NCBI GenBank assembly: GCA_017983695.1 | Contig: JAGOAX010000010.1 | Location: 64,716-128,715 of the forward strand | DNA length: 64,000 nucleotides | Direction of reading: 5' to 3' | Origin: Ferruginibacter sp. | GTDB lineage: Bacteria > Bacteroidota > Bacteroidia > Chitinophagales > Chitinophagaceae | Part shown: positions 27,009 to 36,932 of the stretch, in pieces | Numbering within the stretch: the first letter of the stretch is position 1 | Layout of the letters: every line of letters begins with the position of its first letter | Notes under the pieces: model-generated | The model's input: the letters and a program-made list of their open reading frames with translations, nothing else | The model's database searches: none | What the model was told of the DNA's origin: nothing | Program-made: the position numbers and the translations under genes

Positions 27009-28073
27009 TTGAAAACGATAATAAAAGGCACGGGCACCCATTTGCCGGAAAGAGTAATAGAAAACTCCTGGTTTTTAAACCGGCAGTTTATGGATGAAAA
27101 TGGAGTGGTAAGCGCCAAGCCAAATGAAGAAATAGTTGCCAAACTTGAAGCCATTACCGGCATCAAATCACGAAGGTATATTTCTGAAAAAGGAGATTCT
27201 GTTCCCCTGATGGTTGCTGCTGCCGCCAATGCTATTAATGACGCCGGTATTGATAAAAACCAAATTGATGGAATTATTATTGCACACAACGCCGGCAATA
27301 TGCTGGAAGATGGCAAAGGGTTTCATACCGTGCCTAATATGGCGGCACTTTTAAAAAACAGGTTGGCAATAACCAACTACCAATGTTTTGCCTACGATAT
27401 TTTATTTGGTTGCCCCGGCTGGTTGCAGGGTATTATACAGGCTCACCAGGCTATACAAATGGGTGATGCTAAAAATGTACTGGTAGTTGGTATTGAAGTT
27501 GCCTCCCGCCTTTTAGACCCACACGATTTGGATTCGATGATTTTAGCCGATGGTTGCGGTGCCGCTGTTATTTCCGGCTCTGATGATGGTAATGCAGGAA
27601 TCATTTCCTATGCTACATTTTCCCATGCACAGGAAGACCTGGCATGTATCTATTTAAGTGGCTCGTACAATAAAGCCCTTGATGCCCCCACTTTATTTAA
27701 AATGAATGGCAAAGATGTTTATAAATATGCCACCGTATGGGTGCCCAAAGTAATAAAAGCTGCTTTAGATAAAGCCGGGCTTACTGCTGCCGATGTTGAC
27801 ATGTTTTTATTTCACCAGGCCAATGGTAAAATGCTGCATGCTTTTGCCAATAATCTGGCTCAAATGTATAATATTGAAGGCCTGAATTTTGACACCAAAA
27901 TACCCACCACCATCGATTTTACTGGTAATACATCGGTTGCCACCATCCCTACCATGCTGGACCTTATCCTTAAGCATCAGCTGGGTAATTACAGCATCAA
28001 CCCGGGTATGAAAGTTGTAATGGCATCTGTTGGTGCAGGCATGCATTGCAATGCTATTGTGTACCAGTTTTAA
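27009..28073 (+). CDS. 3-oxoacyl-ACP synthase III family protein (FabH-like)
   Basis: GCPG, FHQAN, GNTS catalytic triad, SVGAG. Confidence 0.9.
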   Translation: MKTIIKGTGTHLPERVIENSWFLNRQFMDENGVVSAKPNEEIVAKLEAITGIKSRRYISEKGDSVPLMVAAAANAINDAGIDKNQIDGIIIAHNAGNMLEDGKGFHTVPNMAALLKNRLAITNYQCFAYDILFGCPGWLQGIIQAHQAIQMGDAKNVLVVGIEVASRLLDPHDLDSMILADGCGAAVISGSDDGNAGIISYATFSHAQEDLACIYLSGSYNKALDAPTLFKMNGKDVYKYATVWVPKVIKAALDKAGLTAADVDMFLFHQANGKMLHAFANNLAQMYNIEGLNFDTKIPTTIDFTGNTSVATIPTMLDLILKHQLGNYSINPGMKVVMASVGAGMHCNAIVYQF

Positions 28074-28171
28074 AATTAAACACTGTAACTACAATAATCC
28101 CCGATTTTATCCTCTTCAATTTTTAATTTCCCGCCTGTCGCCTTATCTTTGCGCCAAAATAAGGGATTTGT

Positions 28172-29275
28172 ATGCTTGATAAGTGTTTAAAATCGTTACT
28201 GGTACTGGCTTTCAGCCTTTTTTTAACTGTTTTTGCAAACAACAGTTTTGCGCAAGGACATGATAAAGAAGAACATGGCGAAAAAGAGAAGAAAGGATTA
28301 GATATGAAAGGGGTGATTTTTGGCCATATTATGGACGGCCACGACTTTCACTTTTTTGATATGATCCATGAAGATGGCAGCAAACACCCAGTTTCTTTGC
28401 CATTACCCGTTATTTTATACTCTCCGCAAAAAGGGTTTTCCATGTTCATGTCTTCTAAATTTGAGCATGGCCACCACGAAGTGGATGGTTATAACCTGGT
28501 TGAAGGCAAAGTAGTTCCAACAGACCCAACTGTAAAAGTGTATGATTTTTCTTTAACCCGTAACGTGGTGCAAATGATACTTGCCCTTTCATTACTTGTT
28601 TGGATAATGACCTCAATAGCAAAAAAATATAAAAACGGGCAAGGGGTTACTTCGGCACCAAAAGGAATGCAAAGTCTTATAGAACCGGTAATTACTTTTA
28701 TAAGAGATGAAGTGGCTAAACCTTACTTAGGTTATAAAGCGGGCAGGTATTTACCTTACCTGTTAACAGTATTCTTCTTTATTTTGATCAATAACATTTT
28801 TGGGTTAATACCCGGTACAGCCAATGTAACCGGCAATATTGCTTTTACAGTTGTGCTAGGTGTTATTTCTTTTATAGTAATGCTGGCCAGCAGCAATAAA
28901 CATTTCTGGTTGCATATTTTCAATCCTCCGGGAGTACCAGGCTGGGTTAAATTTATTTTAGTACCGGTAGAGTTTATGAGTTTGTTTTTAAAACCATTCT
29001 CATTGATCATCCGTTTGTTTGCCAACATGGTGGCAGGCCACATCATCATTATTTGTTTGATCTCGTTGATATTTATTTTCGGGCAAATAAACCCGGCAAT
29101 CGGATATGGTTCTACTATAATTTCCATTCCTTTTACCATTTTTATTTATTTTATAGAAGTGCTGGTGGCGTTTTTACAGGCGTTCATTTTCACTAACCTT
29201 ACAGCAGTTTTAATTGGCCAGGCAATTGAAGGCGATCACAGCCACGATGATGCTCATGCCACAACTGCTCATTAA
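28172..29275 (+). CDS. atpB: F0F1 ATP synthase subunit a
   Basis: IRLFANMVAGH, LQAFIFTNLT; His-rich N-terminus; TATCTTTG -7 element at 28144. Confidence 0.97.
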   Translation: MLDKCLKSLLVLAFSLFLTVFANNSFAQGHDKEEHGEKEKKGLDMKGVIFGHIMDGHDFHFFDMIHEDGSKHPVSLPLPVILYSPQKGFSMFMSSKFEHGHHEVDGYNLVEGKVVPTDPTVKVYDFSLTRNVVQMILALSLLVWIMTSIAKKYKNGQGVTSAPKGMQSLIEPVITFIRDEVAKPYLGYKAGRYLPYLLTVFFFILINNIFGLIPGTANVTGNIAFTVVLGVISFIVMLASSNKHFWLHIFNPPGVPGWVKFILVPVEFMSLFLKPFSLIIRLFANMVAGHIIIICLISLIFIFGQINPAIGYGSTIISIPFTIFIYFIEVLVAFLQAFIFTNLTAVLIGQAIEGDHSHDDAHATTAH

Positions 29276-29293
29276 TACAGAATCATTATTTAA

Positions 29294-29551
<258 letters not shown>

Positions 29552-29573
29552 TCATAATCGCTGCAACAATCTT

Positions 29574-29608
29574 TTCTGCATCCAACGCACAGGGCCGAGG
29601 ATGCAGAA
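29574..29608 (+). other. Intercistronic hairpin between atpE and atpF
   Basis: ttctgcatcc...ggatgcagaa 10-bp stem. Confidence 0.55.
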
Positions 29609-29697
29609 TTTTTAAAACAGATTTTAATACCGGCTTTTGTACTGCCAGATTTTTATTTTAAACAAGCCAGCAGTAAACAGCCATAATAAATAACACT

Positions 29698-30189
29698 ATG
29701 TTTTTAATACCAGAATTCGGTTTGCTTTTTTGGACGCTTTTAGCCTTCCTTGTTGTGTTTTTTATCCTTAAAAAATTTGCATGGCCTGCTATTGTAAAAG
29801 GATTGACAGACCGTGAAAATTCTATTACTGAATCATTAGCTACTGCTGAAAAAGTAAAGAATGAAATGGCGCAGCTGAAAAATGATAATGAAGCATTATT
29901 GGTAAGAGCCAGGGAAGAAAGAGCGCAATTGCTTAAAGAAGCCAAGGAAATAAAAGACAAGATTGTAAACGATGCCAAAGATGAAGCTAAATTTCAGGCT
30001 TCGAAAATTATTGCTGATGCACAGGCAACTATTCACCAGCAAAAAATGGCTGCGTTAACTGATTTGAAAAACCAGATTGGTAACCTTGTAATTGAAACCA
30101 GCGAAAAAGTATTGCGTAAAGAATTAAGCAATAAAGCTGAGCATGAAAATTATATTAAAACACTGGCAAACGAAGTGAAACTGAATTAA
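29698..30189 (+). CDS. atpF: ATP synthase subunit b
   Basis: N-terminal TM, KKFAWPAI, coiled coil; operon position. Confidence 0.95.
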   Translation: MFLIPEFGLLFWTLLAFLVVFFILKKFAWPAIVKGLTDRENSITESLATAEKVKNEMAQLKNDNEALLVRAREERAQLLKEAKEIKDKIVNDAKDEAKFQASKIIADAQATIHQQKMAALTDLKNQIGNLVIETSEKVLRKELSNKAEHENYIKTLANEVKLN

Positions 30190-30193
30190 TATT

Positions 30194-30757
30194 ATGAACA
30201 ATCCACGTTTAGCAGGAAGATACGCCAAAAGTTTACTGGACCTGGCAACAGAGCAAAACCAGGTAGATGCGGTATATAATGATATGAAATGGCTTAGCAG
30301 CATTTGCAAAAGCAATGCTGATTTTGTTGCTGTTTTAACAAGCCCTATCATTAAATCTGATAAAAAGCAGGCCATTATAGAAGCTATTACCAATGGCAGG
30401 GTTACGCCTTTAACTGCTGCATTTATTGTTTTACTGGTTAAAAAAACGAGGGAAAGTAACCTGCACGAAATTGTAAATGCCTATATCGACCAGTTTAATT
30501 TACTGCGTAACATTCAAAAAGTAAAGATCACCACAGCATCGCCTTTAAGTGACGAACTGAAGAGTGTGATAATGATTAATATTAAAAATGCATTGCCACA
30601 GCAAAGTTTTGAAATTGAAACTGCAGTTAAAGATGAACTGATTGGCGGCTTTACTTTGGAGACAAAAGGCCAATTGGTAGATGCAAGTATTTTACGTGAC
30701 TTAAAAGATATCAGGAAACAGTTTATGGATAATGAGTACCTGCATAAACTGCGTTAA
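30194..30757 (+). CDS. atpH: ATP synthase subunit delta
   Basis: RLAGRYAKSLL, LIGGF, DASI. Confidence 0.95.
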   Translation: MNNPRLAGRYAKSLLDLATEQNQVDAVYNDMKWLSSICKSNADFVAVLTSPIIKSDKKQAIIEAITNGRVTPLTAAFIVLLVKKTRESNLHEIVNAYIDQFNLLRNIQKVKITTASPLSDELKSVIMINIKNALPQQSFEIETAVKDELIGGFTLETKGQLVDASILRDLKDIRKQFMDNEYLHKLR

Positions 30758-30777
30758 TAAAACAATTTCAACTATTA

Positions 30778-30809
30778 AAAAAAGCTGTTACAATTGTAGC
30801 AGCTTTTTT
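30778..30809. terminator. Bidirectional terminator ending the atp operon after atpH
   Basis: aaaaaagctgttaca...tgtagcagctttttt. Confidence 0.85.
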
Positions 30810-30816
30810 ATTTGCG

Positions 30817-31560
30817 CTAAAACTTAACCACCGGCGTTTTAATATCATGATAAAATAAAAAGGTCCATTTTTTTTCCTGCCCCTCCTGCCACCATTGCTG
30901 GCGCAGCTCCATACATTTTTTTCCGTCATAATCATACTTGGCAACAAAACGGCTTTTCATTTGCTGCAGTTGTGGCGCCACATCACCGCCAAAAAAAGCT
31001 ATCTCACCGTCTTCTTCAATCCAGAACACCTGGTGGTAAGGACAGTGTGCGCCTGTTACTTCGTACTTAATATAGCTGTCAATGTACCCGTTACCCTGTG
31101 TAAAAATCACTTTATCTGAGTTACCCAGAATTTCAAACTCATCCGGCGTGTAAGAGGGTTTGCCCTTTGCCATTGCAAAATCAAACTCATCTTTGTTTAC
31201 ATAATACGTTGCATTGGGAAAACTGATAAACTTATGATGGAGTATTTTATCTTCTTTGCTTACGCCCCCACTATGGTCTTTATGCAAATGACTCATTAGT
31301 ACTTTGGTAACATCCATGGGATTAATACCATTATCCAGCAAATTCTGGTGTATTTGCAAACTCCCTTCTTTATTGCTAAACCCTAAACCGGCATCAATTA
31401 AAATAATATCGTTTTTGGTTACAATGCAAAAGGGTTGTATTTCTACAAGCAGGCTGCCTACAGGCCTTGCCTGCAAATCATCTTCATCTTTATTAAAAGG
31501 AATGAACTGCTTAGTAGTATCAATCGTAAATGCGCCTTCGCTTAGTGGAATAATTTTCAT
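30817..31560 (-). CDS. MBL-fold metallo-hydrolase
   Basis: SHLHKDHSGG motif, GAHCPYH, GGD. Confidence 0.9.
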   Translation of the reverse strand: MKIIPLSEGAFTIDTTKQFIPFNKDEDDLQARPVGSLLVEIQPFCIVTKNDIILIDAGLGFSNKEGSLQIHQNLLDNGINPMDVTKVLMSHLHKDHSGGVSKEDKILHHKFISFPNATYYVNKDEFDFAMAKGKPSYTPDEFEILGNSDKVIFTQGNGYIDSYIKYEVTGAHCPYHQVFWIEEDGEIAFFGGDVAPQLQQMKSRFVAKYDYDGKKCMELRQQWWQEGQEKKWTFLFYHDIKTPVVKF

Positions 31561-31576
31561 GTTGCCTGAGCCCCGG

Positions 31577-31747
31577 CCCCCTCTATCTCCCCCCGTGGGG
31601 GAGGAAATGGAAAAGATTATGGAGAATTTATACCCTGTTAATTGCAGAGAATTTGATTAATAAAAAATTTAAGTGTAAAAGTAATTGAAAAGATATTTAA
31701 TAAATCATACTATTCAAAGTCCCCTCTTTGGGAGGGGATTTAGGGGA
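31577..31747. repeat. GC-rich palindrome-ended MITE/REP-like element
   Basis: Left ccccctctatctccccccgtgggggag, right tcccctctttgggaggggatttaggggag; each end is a hairpin and the ends are inverted; AT-rich interior. Confidence 0.65.
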
Positions 31748-31752
31748 GATCC

Positions 31753-33120
31753 TTATCGCAACACCATCTGTCTGTCTTTATCCAGTTTAATTAAAATAAA
31801 AATAAGAATGGTAAAAGTTATTAAAGAAGAGCCACCATAACTTAAGAGTGGTAATGTAATACCGGGAGATGGTGCCAGCCCAATGGTCATACATACATTT
31901 AATGCCACATGAAAAAACAATATACCTGCCACGCAATAGGCATATACCCTGCTGAAAGTACTGCGTTGCCTTTCTGCTATAAAAACTATACGCAGCATTA
32001 ATCCAAAATACAACAACATTAAAACCATGCAACCAAAAAAGCCAAAACTTTCTCCAACAGAAGAGAATATAAAATCTGTGTTTTGTGCCGGTACAAAATC
32101 GCCACGGGTTTGTGTGCCCTTCATAAATCCTTTACCCCAAAAGCCACCGCTGCCTATTGCTATTTTAGATTGCTTTACGTTATAACTCTCTACTTTTTCG
32201 CCAGAATTTTTTTTAACCGTACCCAACTTGGCAAATTCTTTTTGGATTTCTGCTATACGTTCAGGGTCCTTAAATTTATAATCATCGATACCAAAAGTTG
32301 AAAATATACGCACTACCTGGTGTGGGCGCAATACCTTTTCAAATAAAGCCGGCACCAAAAATTTTTGTACCCCAACACTTAAAAGCCATATACCTGCAAT
32401 GACTATAAAAACAGATTTATCTCTTTTTATTTTTCTACGGAAAGAATAAACAGCAAGCGCTGCAATAACAGTAAGTGCTATAAATAAATTATTGGGTGGC
32501 ACAACTATGCTGGCAACAATTAAAATTGCGAACGAAAATAATAAAACAAGATAAAGTGCCGGCAGTCCTTCCCTGAAAAAAGCAATGGCAAAAGAAAAGT
32601 AAACAATGGCTGCACCTGGCTCTTTTTGTAATACAGATAAAATAGCCGGTGTAAATGCAATTGCTGCAGCTATAACCTGCGACTGTGATTTATGAAAATT
32701 AGTTTCGGGCAACGAAAGATATTTTGCGAGGGCCAGGGATGTAAATATTTTACAAACTTCCACCGGCTGCACATTCATAAAGCCCAATGGTATCCAGCTT
32801 TTAGAACCACCGACTTCTTTACCCACAACAAATGTGGCCAGTATTAATAATATGCCACCGGCATAGCCGAGATTAGCAGTTGCGGTAAAAAATTTACTGT
32901 CGGTTAATAAAATAAAAGTGGCTATAATGATGCAGGCAATAAAATAAAAAAACTGTTTACTGTATTCTTTTTTAAAGCCCAAAAAACTTTGCACTACACC
33001 ATCCGTACTTTTATACTCCACCGAAAAAATACAAAGCAGGCCAATAATTATCAGTATGGCGTAAAGCCAAACCAATATCCAGTCGATACCTTTTGATATG
33101 GAGGGATTTCTTTGATACAT
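31753..33120 (-). CDS. rodA: Rod shape-determining protein RodA
   Basis: GSKSWI, QPVE, AIGSGG, TDFIF, GITLPLLSYGGSS; start at MYQRN. Confidence 0.95.
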   Translation of the reverse strand: MYQRNPSISKGIDWILVWLYAILIIIGLLCIFSVEYKSTDGVVQSFLGFKKEYSKQFFYFIACIIIATFILLTDSKFFTATANLGYAGGILLILATFVVGKEVGGSKSWIPLGFMNVQPVEVCKIFTSLALAKYLSLPETNFHKSQSQVIAAAIAFTPAILSVLQKEPGAAIVYFSFAIAFFREGLPALYLVLLFSFAILIVASIVVPPNNLFIALTVIAALAVYSFRRKIKRDKSVFIVIAGIWLLSVGVQKFLVPALFEKVLRPHQVVRIFSTFGIDDYKFKDPERIAEIQKEFAKLGTVKKNSGEKVESYNVKQSKIAIGSGGFWGKGFMKGTQTRGDFVPAQNTDFIFSSVGESFGFFGCMVLMLLYFGLMLRIVFIAERQRSTFSRVYAYCVAGILFFHVALNVCMTIGLAPSPGITLPLLSYGGSSLITFTILIFILIKLDKDRQMVLR

Positions 33121-33124
33121 GTTA

Positions 33125-33204
33125 GTGAGTGGTGAGTGGTGAGTAGTCAGTGGTGAGGCGCAATTTAATACTGCTTTACTCACAACTGACTACTCACAAC
33201 TCAC
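33125..33204. repeat. Inverted heptamer-repeat hairpin between mrdA and rodA
   Basis: 33132-33157 vs 33179-33204: 26-bp inverted repeat with 2 mismatches built from gtgagtg/ctcacaa units. Confidence 0.85.
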
Positions 33205-35342
33205 GGTTTGTTCGCTGAGTCTTTAATTTCTGGTTTTTTCTTCTCATTTGGAAGAATGGCCTCTGTTTTAATAATTATTTCCCTATCGTTACTGTCTTTC
33301 TTTGGCTGTTCTTTTTTTAAATCTTCTTTATCTTTTTTTAATTTATCCAATGCCTCATCTTCATCACTTTCATCCATTCCCAGGGTGTCTTTTATAATCC
33401 TGATATATCCTTTTGCAATAAGATAGGCGGAGTCTTTAGAATGAGATAAAGAATCCTGCCTTTTCAATTCTGTATAAATACGGGTGGGTATTAAATTGAG
33501 TTTCGATAATCTTTCTATTTCTGCAATTCTTCTTGGTTCAGTAATAGAATCTTTAAGATATTTTTCAATCATCAATCCAACTATTGGTGCTGCATAGGTA
33601 CCTCCAAAGCGTCCGCTATTTTCTACTACACACATAATGGCAATTTTGGGATTTTCTCTTGGTGCAAAACCACAAAAGAAAGCATGATTGGGTTGTTTTA
33701 CACCCCTGTAATAGTTTTCTACTGTACCGGTTTTACCACAAATATTTATACCTGCTACTTTTGATGCTGCGCCTGTTCCCCTGTCAACTACTCCCTGCAT
33801 GCCATCATGAACGGCTTCAAAAATACTATCGGGTATATCAATTGCACTATGCCTTTCTTTAAATGCTGTCAGCATCTCAAAGGTATCACCACCTTCAATT
33901 GAGTCAACTAAATGTGGTGTTTTATACCAGCCTTTGTTAGCTATATAAGCCATTTCATTGGCAACTTGTATGGGTGTTACATCCACTTCACCTTGTCCAA
34001 TACTTACCGATCGGAAGGTGCAATAATTCCATTTACCCTGTCCATAGATTTTGTTATACAATGCAGGGCTTGGTATTAAACCTCTTTTTTCCGAAGGTAC
34101 ATCCACACCTAATTTATGCCCCAGCCCGAAAGCCTGCATATATCTGTTCCATACGTTTAAGCTGCTATCGATGTTTGGATATTTTGGATTGTTAATTACC
34201 CGTTGCATTACTGTAGCAAAATAAGTATTGTCTGAAATGGTAATGGCATTACGTAAATCAAATGTACCAAAATCCAAACAGCGCATTGGCTTACCGCCAC
34301 CGCAACCATAAAATGCACCGCTACAGGAAACCCTGAAATCAGTTCCTATTACTCCTTCATGCAAACCAACAAGCGCCTGTAAAGTTTTAAAAGTAGAACC
34401 TGGTGAGTAAGTAGCACCAACAGTTCTGTTTAGTAATGGTAGTGCAGGGTTCAATAATAATTCTGCAATATGTTTTTTTCTTTCGGCACCGGTAAGCAAT
34501 TTTGGTTTAAATGTGGGGCTGCTTACCATACAAATAATACCGCCGGTTTTAGGGTCTATCGCCACAATAGAACCTAATTTATTCTCCATTAATTTTTCGC
34601 CCAGTTCCTGCAATTCTATATCTAATGCAGTGTGCATATTTTGCCCGGCAATGGCAACGGTATCAAACCTGCCGTTTTCAATACGTTCTGTTAAGCGGTT
34701 CTTATTATCCCGTTTCCATAACTCAATACCCCGCTGGCCCATCAATACTTTTTCGTAGGTTTTTTCCATACCGGTTTTACCAATATAATCACCCATTACA
34801 TAGCCGGTGTATTTGGGATTTTTTAAAACATTTGAATCTACCTCACTTAAATAACCCAATATATTTCCAGCCGCATCAAATGGATAGTCCCTTACTGATC
34901 TTTCCTGCAGGTAATACCCCGGCGCAAATTTGTACAGGTTCTCGGTAAGTTTTGCCATTTTTTCGTTGCTTAACAAAGCTTCAAAAACCGAAGGCCGGTA
35001 ACTTTTATTTTTTATAATGGCGTTGATGATCCTTTTTCTAAATTCAGCAGTGTCAATATTTAAAATATTACACAGGGTTGTCGTATCTGTTCCTTTTATC
35101 TTTCCGGGTACCACCATTAAATCGTAAATAGTGGTGTTTTGTAAAATAGACCGTCCTTTACGGTCGTACACAATTCCCCTGTCGGGGTAAATCACTTTTC
35201 TAAAAGTGCCCTGGTCTTCTGCCTGTATTTTATATTTAGAAGAAAATATTTGTAGGTTTATCAACTGCAGCAAAATAATTACAAACATGCCGATGAAAAC
35301 CAGCATGATAACATTTTTTCTTGATTGGTTAAAGACGGACAC
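33201..35342 (-). CDS. mrdA: Penicillin-binding protein 2
   Basis: SPGSTFK, SDN, KTGT motifs; dimerisation domain. Confidence 0.95.
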   Translation of the reverse strand: MSVFNQSRKNVIMLVFIGMFVIILLQLINLQIFSSKYKIQAEDQGTFRKVIYPDRGIVYDRKGRSILQNTTIYDLMVVPGKIKGTDTTTLCNILNIDTAEFRKRIINAIIKNKSYRPSVFEALLSNEKMAKLTENLYKFAPGYYLQERSVRDYPFDAAGNILGYLSEVDSNVLKNPKYTGYVMGDYIGKTGMEKTYEKVLMGQRGIELWKRDNKNRLTERIENGRFDTVAIAGQNMHTALDIELQELGEKLMENKLGSIVAIDPKTGGIICMVSSPTFKPKLLTGAERKKHIAELLLNPALPLLNRTVGATYSPGSTFKTLQALVGLHEGVIGTDFRVSCSGAFYGCGGGKPMRCLDFGTFDLRNAITISDNTYFATVMQRVINNPKYPNIDSSLNVWNRYMQAFGLGHKLGVDVPSEKRGLIPSPALYNKIYGQGKWNYCTFRSVSIGQGEVDVTPIQVANEMAYIANKGWYKTPHLVDSIEGGDTFEMLTAFKERHSAIDIPDSIFEAVHDGMQGVVDRGTGAASKVAGINICGKTGTVENYYRGVKQPNHAFFCGFAPRENPKIAIMCVVENSGRFGGTYAAPIVGLMIEKYLKDSITEPRRIAEIERLSKLNLIPTRIYTELKRQDSLSHSKDSAYLIAKGYIRIIKDTLGMDESDEDEALDKLKKDKEDLKKEQPKKDSNDREIIIKTEAILPNEKKKPEIKDSANKP

Positions 35343-35347
35343 TTTTT

Positions 35348-35379
35348 AGTTATGAGTTATAAGTGATAAGTTATGAGTT
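35348..35379. repeat. Heptamer tandem repeat (agttatg-type)
   Basis: agttatg agttata agtgata agttatg agtt. Confidence 0.75.
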
Positions 35380-35421
35380 TGTCCTTTGTAATTTTTTTTG
35401 AATTTTTACTTTTGACTTTCC

Positions 35422-35955
35422 TTAAACCGTATTGGTTCTGAATTTTTGTTTACGCACAAATAACAACTCTGTAATTATTATAAGTAATAAACTGATTGCG
35501 GTTGATAATATTGTTTTTAATAAAAAATACCAGATGTTACCAAACTGCCAGGCTTCCAGCAAAAACAACCAGCCATGGTGCATAATTGTAAGTACGGCCA
35601 CATAAATAAAATAGGGTAAGATGCCGCCCATGCTTTTTATAGATGGTTCTTCATAGTTGCCGTCTGCACCCTCTTGTGGTATTAAAAGGTTAACCAGAAA
35701 AGGGCGTACATAAGCAATAAGCACACAGGCCGCAGCATGAAAGCCGGGGTTGTGGCGGAAACTATCTAAGGTAAAACCAAGTGCAAAGGCAATTATCATT
35801 TGCCAGCTACGACTCATGTTAAAGGGTAACCACAAAATAAATATGAAATACAGGTAAGGGGTAACCATCTGGTGCAGGTGTATTTTGTCTAAAACAAAAA
35901 CCTGTACCAGCATTAACAGTATAAACCTGATGATATTTTTTACCAATGTGCTCAT
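35422..35955 (-). CDS. mreD: Rod shape-determining protein MreD
   Basis: Hydrophobic 177 aa between mreC and mrdA. Confidence 0.9.
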   Translation of the reverse strand: MSTLVKNIIRFILLMLVQVFVLDKIHLHQMVTPYLYFIFILWLPFNMSRSWQMIIAFALGFTLDSFRHNPGFHAAACVLIAYVRPFLVNLLIPQEGADGNYEEPSIKSMGGILPYFIYVAVLTIMHHGWLFLLEAWQFGNIWYFLLKTILSTAISLLLIIITELLFVRKQKFRTNTV

Positions 35956-35973
35956 GCCTGTTTTGTAATCTCT

Positions 35974-36831
35974 TTATTTATTTTGTTGTTTAGTCTTATC
36001 CAGTAACTGGTTTATTGCCTCCTGTTGCCTGTTATCAATTACGTAAACATATTGCAGGCTGTGAAAGTCTGCTGCTGTTCTAAATTTTATGATGAAATTA
36101 TTGCTGCTCTGTTCCGGTATAACTGCGGTAACAAAACCAATCAACATGCCTTTAGGAAAAGTGGTGCTGTTACCACTGGTAATAATAGTGTCTCCTTTAG
36201 CTACTTTTGCACTTTTAGATATCCTGCTTATAGAAAGTATATTCGGTTCTACCCCATCCCAGGAAAGTGTACCTGTTTCGCCACCCTTTAATAATTTACC
36301 ATCAATATGGCTATCCTTGTGCAGCAGGCTCATTACAACCGCATAGTCTTTACTTACTTCTGTTATTATACCTGCCACTGCATTATTAATATCAACAACT
36401 CCCATATCTTTTTTTAATTGCTGTGCTTCGCCACGCCCTAATACAATATAATTGCTTTGAGAAGATACAGAATTAGAAATTACTGCAGCCTGCATATAAT
36501 CGTAACGCCTGTATTGTTTTATCGAATCTACCAGTACCGTATCAAACACAATTTTATTAAGCGTATCGGGTAACAGAAAATCTGCTTTTAACAGGTTTAA
36601 TAATTTCTCGTTGGCTTTAACCAGTGAATCGTTGGTCTTTTTAAGATGAAAATAATTTTCTACCTTATTATATTGTTCATTTATTTTACCCGTAAGCTGG
36701 TTGGCCGTATTGTTGAATACAGCATTATGATATTTGTTGTAATGAACGATTAAATAAATACTGAATCCCTGCAATAACAGGAAGAAGAGGAAAGTAAAAT
36801 ACCGGCGGATGAAAAGAAAAATATTACGCAC
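35974..36831 (-). CDS. mreC: Rod shape-determining protein MreC
   Basis: N-terminal TM, coiled coil, GDTIITSG, FPKG. Confidence 0.93.
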   Translation of the reverse strand: MRNIFLFIRRYFTFLFFLLLQGFSIYLIVHYNKYHNAVFNNTANQLTGKINEQYNKVENYFHLKKTNDSLVKANEKLLNLLKADFLLPDTLNKIVFDTVLVDSIKQYRRYDYMQAAVISNSVSSQSNYIVLGRGEAQQLKKDMGVVDINNAVAGIITEVSKDYAVVMSLLHKDSHIDGKLLKGGETGTLSWDGVEPNILSISRISKSAKVAKGDTIITSGNSTTFPKGMLIGFVTAVIPEQSSNNFIIKFRTAADFHSLQYVYVIDNRQQEAINQLLDKTKQQNK

Positions 36832-36839
36832 CTGTGCAA

Positions 36840-36925
36840 GGAATTAGGAATTAGGAGTTGGGAATTGGGAATGAGGAGTTGGGAATCGGGCTACCCTAAT
36901 TACCAATTACTAATTACAAATTCCT
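36840..36925. repeat. Inverted heptamer arrays between mreB and mreC
   Basis: Seven ggaatta/ggagttg units (36840-36890) facing ccctaat/taccaat/tactaat units (36894-36925). Confidence 0.8.
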
Positions 36926-36932
36926 CAAAAAA

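Noticed and set aside
32170-33500. RodA loop insertion and charged PBP2 C-terminal tail
   Set aside because: Real, but cannot be judged unusual without family alignments
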